DNA of 64,000 nucleotides from positions 192,001 to 256,000 of the forward strand of contig JBGAHS010000009.1 of assembly GCA_044226015.1 (NCBI GenBank), written 5' to 3'. The position numbers and the translations under genes are program-made. The notes below the pieces were generated by a model. That model did no database searches, was not told where the DNA came from, and saw only the letters and a program-made list of their open reading frames with translations. Shown here piece by piece: positions 9,390 through 18,437 of the stretch (position 1 is its first letter; each line of letters opens with the position of its first letter). The stretch comes from Candidatus Obscuribacteraceae bacterium. GTDB taxonomy: Bacteria; Cyanobacteriota; Vampirovibrionia; Obscuribacterales; Obscuribacteraceae.

Positions 9390-10394
9390 TTAAGGCCAAT
9401 CAACGGCGAACAGGAACTTGCGAGCCTGAGGTACAGCTTGATCTTGACTAGTGCCTGCTGAGGCTCGCAATACAAAAGCATAGCGAGGCGCATCCCAGGG
9501 GAAATACCCGCAAATCCAGGACTGGAAACTACTGCCATGAGGAGTTGTTCCGGTTTTGATCGCTAACTTCAATTTATTTTCAGGGTCTAATTTTTTCCCG
9601 GTGCCTTGCCTGCTGGCAATTTGCATTCCTTGTTCTAAAACGTGCCAGGTATGGCTGTCCATCAGTATTTCAAAAGGCTTAGCCTCCGCATTCGGGTTTT
9701 CGGCACTGTGCAAAAATGGCACTTTGCCTCTTGTCGCTACAAGGGCAGCCACCCGCATCAGTTGCAAGGCGCTTGGTCTCACACTGTCAGTCAGCCCCAG
9801 CGCCAGCAGCTCAGGCACAGCATTTTTGTCTGCTGCCTGAAACTTGCCAGACCCGAAGTCTGCAACCGGTGTGTTTAAGCCGAATTTTTCAGCGAATTCT
9901 AAAATTGTATTTTTGCTGACTTTACTGGCGAAATGAGCAAAGTAAACGTTGCAGGAGAGTCCGAGTGCATGCTGCATATCCACTATGCCGTGAGCAAATT
10001 GACATTTGATTGTCTGCTTATGAGCTTTGTAAACGCCTCTGCACTCGAATTTCTCGTCTGCATGAATGGCGCGAGTCTCCAATAAAGCCGAAGCTGTGAT
10101 CAGTTTCATTATTGAGCCTGGCATACCGATCGGAACGTCATGACCCGTGGGGCAGCCAATCTGACCATTATGCAAACTGGTCCAGAAGAATTTACCACTG
10201 CTGTCGTTGCGGGACTCGGCTGCAGGCGGCTCTACTTCCGATTCTACGATTGAGCCCAGACCAAAGAATGAGCGCAGAAACTGTCTGCGTCCCATCTCTG
10301 ACGATTTTTCTTTGCCTTCTGCCATAGTCTTGATTTCGACTTTACGTGATGTGTTTGTTTTTTTACCTGTTCTTTTCTTTAGCTTGACTGTCAC
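9390..10394 (-). CDS. Stand-alone penicillin-binding transpeptidase-domain protein with twin-arginine-like motif
   Basis: SxxK (PGSIMK), SxN (LSCNVYF), KTG (AIKTGT), SWICGYFP..PRYA; GRRQFL near the N-terminus. Start may be ATG 10325. Confidence 0.88.
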   Translation of the reverse strand: MTVKLKKRTGKKTNTSRKVEIKTMAEGKEKSSEMGRRQFLRSFFGLGSIVESEVEPPAAESRNDSSGKFFWTSLHNGQIGCPTGHDVPIGMPGSIMKLITASALLETRAIHADEKFECRGVYKAHKQTIKCQFAHGIVDMQHALGLSCNVYFAHFASKVSKNTILEFAEKFGLNTPVADFGSGKFQAADKNAVPELLALGLTDSVRPSALQLMRVAALVATRGKVPFLHSAENPNAEAKPFEILMDSHTWHVLEQGMQIASRQGTGKKLDPENKLKLAIKTGTTPHGSSFQSWICGYFPWDAPRYAFVLRASAGTSQDQAVPQARKFLFAVDWP

Positions 10395-10465
10395 CTAATT
10401 CTCTTATCAGAGAATCTACTTAGAAGCAGGAATTTCTTTATTCCAATAAGTCTATAAGGTCTGCC

Positions 10466-11221
10466 ATGATTATTGCTGTTGCTGAGCTAATCTCAATGAA
10501 GAATGTGAATCGCCAATCACTGCAATTCTTACTGGCTGCCATCTTGCTGCTGCTGCTTCTCTGCGTTAAGCCGGCGCTTGCGCTTGAGACCATCTGCCAG
10601 ACCAAAAACGACCCTTCCTTTGCTCGAATAACTATTTCAAAATCCGACTATTTGAAGCATGGTCAGTCGTTGAATCAATATGTTGGACTGAAGGAGATAG
10701 CAAAGAGAACGATGTATCGCTATTTCGGCAAAGAAATGCCAGGGCAGAGCAACAAGGCTGATCTAAATGAGCCCATGTTAAGCCTGGTCAATAAGCTGAA
10801 CGTCGAAAAGAAGTTCCTTAGCCCTGCAGGAGTCTTTGTAACTCTGAGCAAGGCTGGTAAGACTCGAGCTTGTTGGGGCTCTATTCACCCGAGAGAGAGT
10901 ACTGCGGCAAGAGAAACCGTTCTTTCAACACTCGGAGCCCTAAATAAAGAATATCGCTTCAAACGCATAACTACTAACGAACTTAAAACTCTGAAGGTTC
11001 AAGTCACAGTAGTTAGAGATCTCTCAGCGGTGACAGATATCAAATCTGTAAACCCGCTAACAGATGGAGTTATGGTACGCTCAGGCGGTCGCGGTGGAGT
11101 AATTCTCCCCGGCGAAGCAGTCGATGCGTATTACGAAATGGTGCTTGCCAAACTGAAGGCTGGTATTAAGCCCGATGAACCGTGTCAAATCTACAAGATA
11201 AAGGCTGAAATATATGACTAA
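10466..11221 (+). CDS. AMMECR1-domain protein with signal peptide
   Basis: GVFVTLSKAGKTRACWG (cf. LRGCIG), YRFKRIT..EL..LKVQVTV, DGVMVRSGGRGGVILP, LKAGI; hydrophobic leader ending ALA. Start may be ATG 10496. Confidence 0.85.
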   Translation: MIIAVAELISMKNVNRQSLQFLLAAILLLLLLCVKPALALETICQTKNDPSFARITISKSDYLKHGQSLNQYVGLKEIAKRTMYRYFGKEMPGQSNKADLNEPMLSLVNKLNVEKKFLSPAGVFVTLSKAGKTRACWGSIHPRESTAARETVLSTLGALNKEYRFKRITTNELKTLKVQVTVVRDLSAVTDIKSVNPLTDGVMVRSGGRGGVILPGEAVDAYYEMVLAKLKAGIKPDEPCQIYKIKAEIYD

Positions 11222-14200
11222 TCCAGTCAAATCGCTAAACACAAATCCGCTTTTGTCGTGGCAGTTTTTTCTGCTCAAAATTCTCTTGTTCGGATTGGCT
11301 GCAGTGCTGATTTCCAAGCCTGTTGGTTCCATATCGGGACGCATCGCGATGGAACAAGAAGGGTTCAATCTTTACTCTTACAATTTGAGAGACCACCATG
11401 TATATGCAACCGCTATCGGACCTCGTGGTGGCGATGAGCAAGAGCGCGGGGTCTGGGTTGATGGAGATGGGCGATTTGAAATCAGTCAATTACCTGTTGG
11501 TGAATATCAGCTGAAAGTACGCGTGCCTGGGTTCTCGACTACATATGAAAGTGGCTATTTTGTCGAAGAAGGCAAAGCTACTGAGCTAAATGAACCAATC
11601 ATGCTGCAAATAGCTAATCCTAGCGTTAGCGTTGGAAGCAGCTCACGAGTGTTTACAAGCAAGGAGAAACCAAGATTTTGGGCTAACGTTCAGAGTGCTA
11701 CGAAGATTGATGTAAAACTCTACAAGAAAGATTTGCTTTCAATTCTCGGCACGGAAACTGAGAAGCATATGGGTGTTGAAGTTAGCTCTGATTTGAGTTT
11801 GTACAAGCCTTACGGAGAAGAGCACAAAGTCCAAAATGTGTTTGAGAAGGATAAGCTGGTCAAGACATGGTCGAGAACCCCTCGCAGCGACGCTGAGGAT
11901 TCTTCCCACGAAACTTTTCAGTGCGAGCAACCCTTACCGGCGGGTGATTACTTTGCTGTAGTCGAAGCTTCCAATATTAAGAATGAGTCTGACCGTAGCA
12001 TTATCTGGTTCTCAGTGACAGATATTGGACTAATAGTGAAGCAGGACTACAGCAAGACTGTAGTTCGAGCAATCGATTTGAACACTCTTAAACCCATGCC
12101 TGATGTGGCAATTCAGGTGAGACAGCGAGATGCGGGAACGAGCGACAGCGGAGGCGAGGGCGACTCGGCTGCTCCAGCTGCTGCAAAAGCGAAGAGCAAG
12201 GGAACAGTCTTGCTGTCGAAAGATGGTATCAAAACTGGTGCTGACGGGTTTGCTGAGTTAGCAGTTGGTTCTGCAATTGCCAGCGGTTCCACCAACCTCT
12301 TATTCTGTGGGTTTAAGGGTGAGCAACATGCTTTCGGTGGCATGTCGATGTACAGAAATAGCAACGATGATCACCAGCTCTACTTCTATACTGATAGACC
12401 GATTTATCGTCTAGGTCAGACTGTTTATTTCCGCGGAATTTGTCGAAATCTTAAAGGCGAAGGCTTGAAGAACCCGGGAGAAATGAGTCTTGATTTAAGT
12501 CTGGAAGATCCCGATAACACATCTATATGGACTGGAAAAGTTAAAACCAGCAAGTTTGGTACTTTCCACGGAGTTCTGGAAATTCCCAGTGACGGAAAAA
12601 CTGGTGCTTACCAGGTCAACATAACCTACCCTGATGGTTCTAGCGATTACGAGAGAATCGAAATTGATGAGTATCGCAAGCCTGAATACAAAGTGGATGT
12701 AACTCCGCTTGAGACGCGAGTAAATCAAGGCGGCAAGGCCAAAGCACGCATCAAAGCTACGTACTACTTCGGTGCGCCTGTTGCCAATGCGAAAGTCAAA
12801 TATTCTATCTATTCATCAAACGATTGGATGAACAGATATCGAATCAAAGAGCGCCCCGATTATTACAGCTATTTCGATGATTGGGATTCTGGTAGCAGTG
12901 ACTACTACTACGGGGGAGACTTCGTAGAAGAAGGCACCGTGCAAACCGATGCTAGCGGCGAAGCTATAGTTGAATTCAATACTCGTGAAGGCAGTAAAGA
13001 TCTTGACGCTGTTTTTGACAGCGGTTTTGAAGATAAGAAGTACAAAATCGATGTTGAAGTCACCGACATAAGCAGATTGAGTGTACTCAATTCAGGTTTT
13101 GTCGAAGCGACGCCTGGTGACTTCGTTCTCTTCGTCGAACCTGACAGCTACGTGGCTAAGGTCGGCGAGAAAATCAAAGCGAACGTCCGAGCCGTTTCCT
13201 ATGACGGCCAGCCAATTGCCAATCGCAAAGTGAAAATGCAATTGCTGCGAAGACTTTGGGATCGCAACGAGCACTACTATCGTGGAAACGAGAAGTATGA
13301 AGAGCTTGAAGTCACAACAGACAAAGACGGTAAAGCCACTGTCAGTTTCAACACCGTCGCAAAATGGGCAACTGACACGTATTACATCGTTGGCTCCGCT
13401 AAAGATGATGGCAACAGACTTATCGCTTCTTCCAACAGCATCTGGGTTGTTAGCGACAGCTACCCCTACTCGCTGAGCGATTCCGAATCGCAGAAAGAAC
13501 CGCTGACAGTCAAGTTGGATAAGGAAGTTTATAAGCCAGGTGAAACTGTGCGTGCGATGATTTCAGCTCCTGTAACAGGAAAAGAAGGCGCACAGGCAAT
13601 CGTGGCAGTAGAGGGCTCTCAAATTTACAACTACAGAGCTGTAGACCTGAAAGCAAGCGCGACCCTGGTCGAAATTCCTGTCGACAAAAAGTACGCTCCT
13701 AACGTGCATTTGACGGTGACTTTCGTGAGTAAGAAACGCCAGTTCTTCAACGATAGTCAAATGATCAAGGTTTCGCCTCAGTCTAATTTCTTGACTGTGA
13801 GTGTCGCTACCGATAAGCCCAAATATCATCCCGGAGACATGGCTACCTACACTCTCAAAGCTGTGGATGCCGATAACAAGCCAGCTCCAAATGTTGAATT
13901 GGCTATGGGAGTTGTTGACGAGAGTATTTATGCAATTCGACCAGAGACTGCTGGCGATATTCGCAAATTCTTTTATAAGCAGAGAAACAACAATGTAATT
14001 ACGATGTGCTCTTTCCCTGAAGAGTATTCGGGTGGTCCCAACAAGATTGAACCTCGCGTTCGCAAAGACTTTAAGGATACGGCTGCCTGGTTCCCCTCTC
14101 TGATTACAAATGATAAGGGTATAGTGACTGCTAAGTTTAAGATGCCTGATAATTTGACTACATGGCGTGCCACTGTTCGCGGTGTCAACATGGAGACGCA

Positions 14201-16301
14201 GGTTGGCTCAGTTATCCAAAAAGTGGTTAGCACTCAAGACCTGATTGTGCGCCTGGCTCTACCGCGCTTCTACTCTCAGGGAGACGAAGCCGAGGTGAGT
14301 GCAATAGTTCACAACTACTCTGACATAAAGCAAAAGATCAAGGTTGATTTGAAGCTTTCACCTGAATTCCAATTTATGGATAAGAGCGCGCCTCAGTCGG
14401 TTGACCTTGAGCCAGAAAAGGTCGCCCGCGTCAGCTGGCGAGCCAGAGTCATGAACTCAGGCACCGGACTGATTTCCGTGAAGGCTATCGGCCAGACGGC
14501 CGGTGACGCAATGGAAATGAAATTGCCAATCCGACCGCTCGGTGTTCCAATATTTGTGAGTAAGAGTGGTGTCATCAATTCCGATGACGAGAGTATAGAA
14601 TTGCCTCTGACTTTACCGTCTGATGCAGCTCCTGGGTCCGTCGACCTGACCGTACACATGGCACCATCTGCATTGTCCCCGGTGCTCGGTAACTTCAGCT
14701 CTTTGATCGATTACCCCTATGGGTGTACTGAGCAGACGATGAGCAGGCTGATGCCGGCTGTAGTTGCCATTAAGATGAACAAGAAGCTTGGCGTGCCGCT
14801 CGCTGCTGCTGATCTGAAAAAGTTCAAGGCAGTTTACGACATGTCTATGACCAAGCTCGATGAATATCAGCACGCCGACGGCGGCTGGGGCTGGTGGGTT
14901 GACGACAAGAGCAATCCATATCTTACTGCGCTGGTTCTTGAAGGATACAAGCTTCTGGAAGATGCTGGCTATCCAGTGGATAAAGAGCGCAAGAAGAATG
15001 GATTGAATTGGCTTGCAAAATCTACCGTTGAGTTGCAAAAACAACTATCAGATCCCCAACTGGTTAAAGTTTGGTGGCATGAAAATGAATCTATGGTTGA
15101 CCTGGCGAAGGCTACCTATGTTCAAAGTCTGCATGGTGTGAAGTCGGCGCCGAAGCTGGTGCAGTGGGTCTGCAGTTCTGAACTACTAGACAAACAAACA
15201 CCTGAGTCACTCGCTTATTACACCCTTGCCTTCAAAGCTAGTGGATATGCTGATGCGGCAAAGAAAATGTACGATCGACTGATTTATCTATCTAATTCAG
15301 AAGACAGTGCATTTGGCTCTCTTGTTAATTGGGAGCGCAACGATGACATGTATCGCAAGTTCGGTGTTGCATCAAATAACTACTACTACTATTACAGTTA
15401 TAGATTCACCGGAGTTGAGTCATCGGCTCTCGCTCTCAGAGCATGCATTGCAATGGAGCCTGGTTCCGAAAGAATCGAAGGCATCAAGTCTTGGATTCTT
15501 ACTGAACGCGGTAAGGACGGATGGGGCAACACCAAGACCACAGCTGAAGTCTTCAAATCGTTCATGGAAGATGAGCTGGTAAATGCGAAGAATGTACCCT
15601 GCGATTTCAAAACGGAAATCGCTAGCGCGGATGGACAGGCTGCTGACCTGGGAGTTGCATCGTTCAACCAGAAGTCGCTGTTTGCCCCAGAACAGGTAAT
15701 TAAGTTAAATCTCAAGACAAACCAGAAGGCTAAACTCCATAAGTCTGGCTCAGGACGTTTGTACTGGAGTTGCGTACTTAAGTACTATAAAAAGTTGTCT
15801 CCTAGCGGCATAAACACTGCAAATGTGACGCTGCCATCAACACCAACGAAGCTTGCCATGCATCGAAGCTTCAAGAGGCTGATTGCTCACTATGACAGCA
15901 GTAACAATGTCAGCTTTACAGAAGAGCCCATTAATGGCAAAGTCAAAGCAGGAGAAACTATTCTGATGACATTGTCTATTGACTCACCAATCAGTGTTCC
16001 CTACACACTTTGCGAAATGCCATTGCCGAGCGGTGCTGAAGTTGTAAAAGACAATGCCAAAGAAGAAATAAGTTCTCGTGGCAATTATTCAGCCGTCAGA
16101 TGGTGGGACCATCAAGACATTATGGATGACCATATAGCCAATTTCTCGGGATGGTATCGCGATGGACACTCCGAGTTGAGAACCATGATTCGAATGGAAC
16201 TTCCCGGAAAATTCCAGATGAATCCAGCAATAATCGAAGGCATGTATACCAACAATGTGCATGGATATTCCGAGGCCCAAGAAATCGAGGTCGTCGAGTA
16301 A
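11214..16301 (+). CDS. Bacterial alpha-2-macroglobulin with intact thioester motif
   Basis: YFYTDRPIYRLGQTV, EYRKPE, VDESIY, RKDFKDTAAW, MPDNLTTWR, LPRF, YPYGCTEQT, QHADGGWGWW, WGNTKTTA, LPSGAE; N-terminal TM anchor. Confidence 0.96.
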   Translation: MTNPVKSLNTNPLLSWQFFLLKILLFGLAAVLISKPVGSISGRIAMEQEGFNLYSYNLRDHHVYATAIGPRGGDEQERGVWVDGDGRFEISQLPVGEYQLKVRVPGFSTTYESGYFVEEGKATELNEPIMLQIANPSVSVGSSSRVFTSKEKPRFWANVQSATKIDVKLYKKDLLSILGTETEKHMGVEVSSDLSLYKPYGEEHKVQNVFEKDKLVKTWSRTPRSDAEDSSHETFQCEQPLPAGDYFAVVEASNIKNESDRSIIWFSVTDIGLIVKQDYSKTVVRAIDLNTLKPMPDVAIQVRQRDAGTSDSGGEGDSAAPAAAKAKSKGTVLLSKDGIKTGADGFAELAVGSAIASGSTNLLFCGFKGEQHAFGGMSMYRNSNDDHQLYFYTDRPIYRLGQTVYFRGICRNLKGEGLKNPGEMSLDLSLEDPDNTSIWTGKVKTSKFGTFHGVLEIPSDGKTGAYQVNITYPDGSSDYERIEIDEYRKPEYKVDVTPLETRVNQGGKAKARIKATYYFGAPVANAKVKYSIYSSNDWMNRYRIKERPDYYSYFDDWDSGSSDYYYGGDFVEEGTVQTDASGEAIVEFNTREGSKDLDAVFDSGFEDKKYKIDVEVTDISRLSVLNSGFVEATPGDFVLFVEPDSYVAKVGEKIKANVRAVSYDGQPIANRKVKMQLLRRLWDRNEHYYRGNEKYEELEVTTDKDGKATVSFNTVAKWATDTYYIVGSAKDDGNRLIASSNSIWVVSDSYPYSLSDSESQKEPLTVKLDKEVYKPGETVRAMISAPVTGKEGAQAIVAVEGSQIYNYRAVDLKASATLVEIPVDKKYAPNVHLTVTFVSKKRQFFNDSQMIKVSPQSNFLTVSVATDKPKYHPGDMATYTLKAVDADNKPAPNVELAMGVVDESIYAIRPETAGDIRKFFYKQRNNNVITMCSFPEEYSGGPNKIEPRVRKDFKDTAAWFPSLITNDKGIVTAKFKMPDNLTTWRATVRGVNMETQVGSVIQKVVSTQDLIVRLALPRFYSQGDEAEVSAIVHNYSDIKQKIKVDLKLSPEFQFMDKSAPQSVDLEPEKVARVSWRARVMNSGTGLISVKAIGQTAGDAMEMKLPIRPLGVPIFVSKSGVINSDDESIELPLTLPSDAAPGSVDLTVHMAPSALSPVLGNFSSLIDYPYGCTEQTMSRLMPAVVAIKMNKKLGVPLAAADLKKFKAVYDMSMTKLDEYQHADGGWGWWVDDKSNPYLTALVLEGYKLLEDAGYPVDKERKKNGLNWLAKSTVELQKQLSDPQLVKVWWHENESMVDLAKATYVQSLHGVKSAPKLVQWVCSSELLDKQTPESLAYYTLAFKASGYADAAKKMYDRLIYLSNSEDSAFGSLVNWERNDDMYRKFGVASNNYYYYYSYRFTGVESSALALRACIAMEPGSERIEGIKSWILTERGKDGWGNTKTTAEVFKSFMEDELVNAKNVPCDFKTEIASADGQAADLGVASFNQKSLFAPEQVIKLNLKTNQKAKLHKSGSGRLYWSCVLKYYKKLSPSGINTANVTLPSTPTKLAMHRSFKRLIAHYDSSNNVSFTEEPINGKVKAGETILMTLSIDSPISVPYTLCEMPLPSGAEVVKDNAKEEISSRGNYSAVRWWDHQDIMDDHIANFSGWYRDGHSELRTMIRMELPGKFQMNPAIIEGMYTNNVHGYSEAQEIEVVE

Positions 16302-16993
16302 TGAAAAGACGAAAGATAATTAGCTGGACGGCGCTCATAGCTTTACCGCTAAGTCTGCTCTCGTTTTTCGTGTTGTCTCATCCGTTTCGCGATGAGATTG
16401 CAAGTAGAACCTTTGGGTTGAGTTATCTTTCGCCCACGCAGGTCAATAACATTTCCATTGCGGCAAATGCACTCAATGGCTACGTTCTAGAGCCTGGACA
16501 GGTATTCTCCTTTAACCGCATTGTCGGACCGAGAACCGATTCTAGAGGCTATCGCTCTGCCAGGTCCTATCTGGGTAATGAGAGTCCTGCTACCTTCGGT
16601 GGTGGCATCTGCCTTCTTTCATCAGGTTTGTATCAGGACGCTTTGATCGCCGGGCTAAAGATTGAAGAGCGTCTGCCTCACTTGCGCACAATCTCAAGTG
16701 TAGAACCGGGACTAGATGCGACTGTGTGGTATGGGAATGCTGATCTGAAAATTCGCAATACAACAGCCCACCCTCTGCAAATAAAAGCAGAAGTGCGCGA
16801 GCACAATTTGTACGTCAAGTTCATGTCCGAAAACGCAGCAGATATGCCAGTCAAGGCTGATCTGAGTACCTTCGTTGCTCGCAGAACAAAAAATGAGTTG
16901 CTTGTTGAGGTATTTCGAAATGTGGGGGGGAAGCGTTGCTTTGTTTCCCGAGATCACTATCAGCTGAGTTCTGCGCCCGGCACAAGAAGCTGA
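16301..16993 (+). CDS. VanW-family protein with N-terminal membrane anchor
   Basis: NISIAANALNG.VL.PG.VFSFN.IVGPRT..RGY, GGGICLLSSGLY, GLDATV..G.ADL.IRN; ATG overlaps the A2M stop (TAATG). Confidence 0.92.
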   Translation: MKRRKIISWTALIALPLSLLSFFVLSHPFRDEIASRTFGLSYLSPTQVNNISIAANALNGYVLEPGQVFSFNRIVGPRTDSRGYRSARSYLGNESPATFGGGICLLSSGLYQDALIAGLKIEERLPHLRTISSVEPGLDATVWYGNADLKIRNTTAHPLQIKAEVREHNLYVKFMSENAADMPVKADLSTFVARRTKNELLVEVFRNVGGKRCFVSRDHYQLSSAPGTRS

Positions 16994-17005
16994 TTCGATT
17001 CATTG

Positions 17006-18304
17006 CTAGTTCTGGGTCTGAATTGAAGGGTCTACAGGCGGAGGCACCGCTGATGGTTTCAATTCGTTCTGTGGAGCTGCTATCGTTCTTTCATTTATTG
17101 GACGAGGGCTCATATCCTGAGTTGGGGCTTCAATGGCTCTTTCCTCGTACTCTTCAGCGGCTTCTTTTGCTAGTTTTGCTGCAGCTTCTTTCTCTTTTTG
17201 CGCTGCCTCAATTTGTTTCAGACGATTAGAAACTTCGAAATTGAGTTCGCTTGGAAGTGTTTCGCGATTGCGAATGTCTGTCCAGACTCGCAGGGAAAAC
17301 TTCAATGAGTCTTTTGAAAATTCATCAAATGAAACTATAGGTTTTGGTTCTTTTACGACTAGCTGATTTTGGTTTGCTATGCCCAGCAGCAAGCTTCGAA
17401 CGTCCTCTGGTGCCATGCTTCCTGGAAAAGTCATTGAGCACTTAATACCTACGCTTCTTCCATTGTACGTACAGTTGATTACGTTTGAGGAAACAAACTG
17501 AGAGTTAGGCACCACAATTGCGATGTTGTTGCTTGTCATAACCGTGGTGGCACGCAGAGAAATCTCTTTGACCTCACCAGTTACATCTCCGATCTGCACT
17601 TGATCGCCAATCTTAATGGGACGTTCAAACAAAATGATTATGCCGCTTACCAGATTATTTGTTATTGTCTGTAATCCGAAACTGAGACCGATACTGAGAG
17701 CGCCGAGCATAACTGTCATTGCACTCAGGTCGATTCCTGCAGTCTGCAGCAAAATCACAAAGCCAACAAACAGTACGCCGTACTGCACGGCTGAAGCAAA
17801 AGCCTGCCTCGCACCGACATCCATCTTTGTTTTAATCAGATAACGCGAAACCAATATATTGCGCAGCTGGCCTGTGAACCTTACGAGCAAAAATGACAGC
17901 GCCAGAATATAGAGAAGTGATAAAAGTGTTAATTGAGAGTTTCCAATTTTTGCAAGTTTCAGATCGAGAATTCCCTGAATCAACTTGTAACCGGAATGAA
18001 CCTGATTGCCGACCCAGCCATCAAGACCGACCAAATGCAAGGTCAGCCAGATTCCTAGAAAGACTAGAGCAATTCGACTGGCTCTGACTAGAAATGTCAG
18101 CACAGCCTTGTCAAGTTTCTCTATCTTGGGAGAGACTTTCTTTAGAAGCAACCCGTTCAACTTTGGAGCCAGCCAAACAACCGCGCAACTGAGCACCAAC
18201 AGCTCTATCAAAGTCAGAACTGTGATGACGTGAGTTCCCAGCCTCAAGAGCTCTAGCTGCATGTAGGGCAATATTGGCTGGAAAAACAATGAAATGCTAT
18301 CCAT
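17006..18304 (-). CDS. mscS: MscS-family mechanosensitive channel with extra N-terminal TM helices
   Basis: GALSIGLSFGLQ...NLVSGIIILFERPIKIGD, ISLRAT, VVPNS. Start ATG 18304 chosen (GAGAGG RBS), which removes the overlap with the kinase. Confidence 0.9.
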   Translation of the reverse strand: MDSISLFFQPILPYMQLELLRLGTHVITVLTLIELLVLSCAVVWLAPKLNGLLLKKVSPKIEKLDKAVLTFLVRASRIALVFLGIWLTLHLVGLDGWVGNQVHSGYKLIQGILDLKLAKIGNSQLTLLSLLYILALSFLLVRFTGQLRNILVSRYLIKTKMDVGARQAFASAVQYGVLFVGFVILLQTAGIDLSAMTVMLGALSIGLSFGLQTITNNLVSGIIILFERPIKIGDQVQIGDVTGEVKEISLRATTVMTSNNIAIVVPNSQFVSSNVINCTYNGRSVGIKCSMTFPGSMAPEDVRSLLLGIANQNQLVVKEPKPIVSFDEFSKDSLKFSLRVWTDIRNRETLPSELNFEVSNRLKQIEAAQKEKEAAAKLAKEAAEEYEERAIEAPTQDMSPRPINERTIAAPQNELKPSAVPPPVDPSIQTQN

Positions 18305-18437
18305 AGTCCGCCTCTCTCGGTGTCTTAGGGATGGACTGGGAGCTAAATCTTTAGTTCCCGCATCATTAAACACTAGCAAGCAGGCATTGAAGCTTGTTGT
18401 TTTTGGTAGACTTTTCTTGCCCCTTGCATGGCTAAGA

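Noticed and set aside
16151..16300. N-terminal extension of the VanW ORF
   Set aside because: Overlaps the A2M C-terminus; ATG 16301 gives a basic-plus-hydrophobic leader and TAATG coupling.
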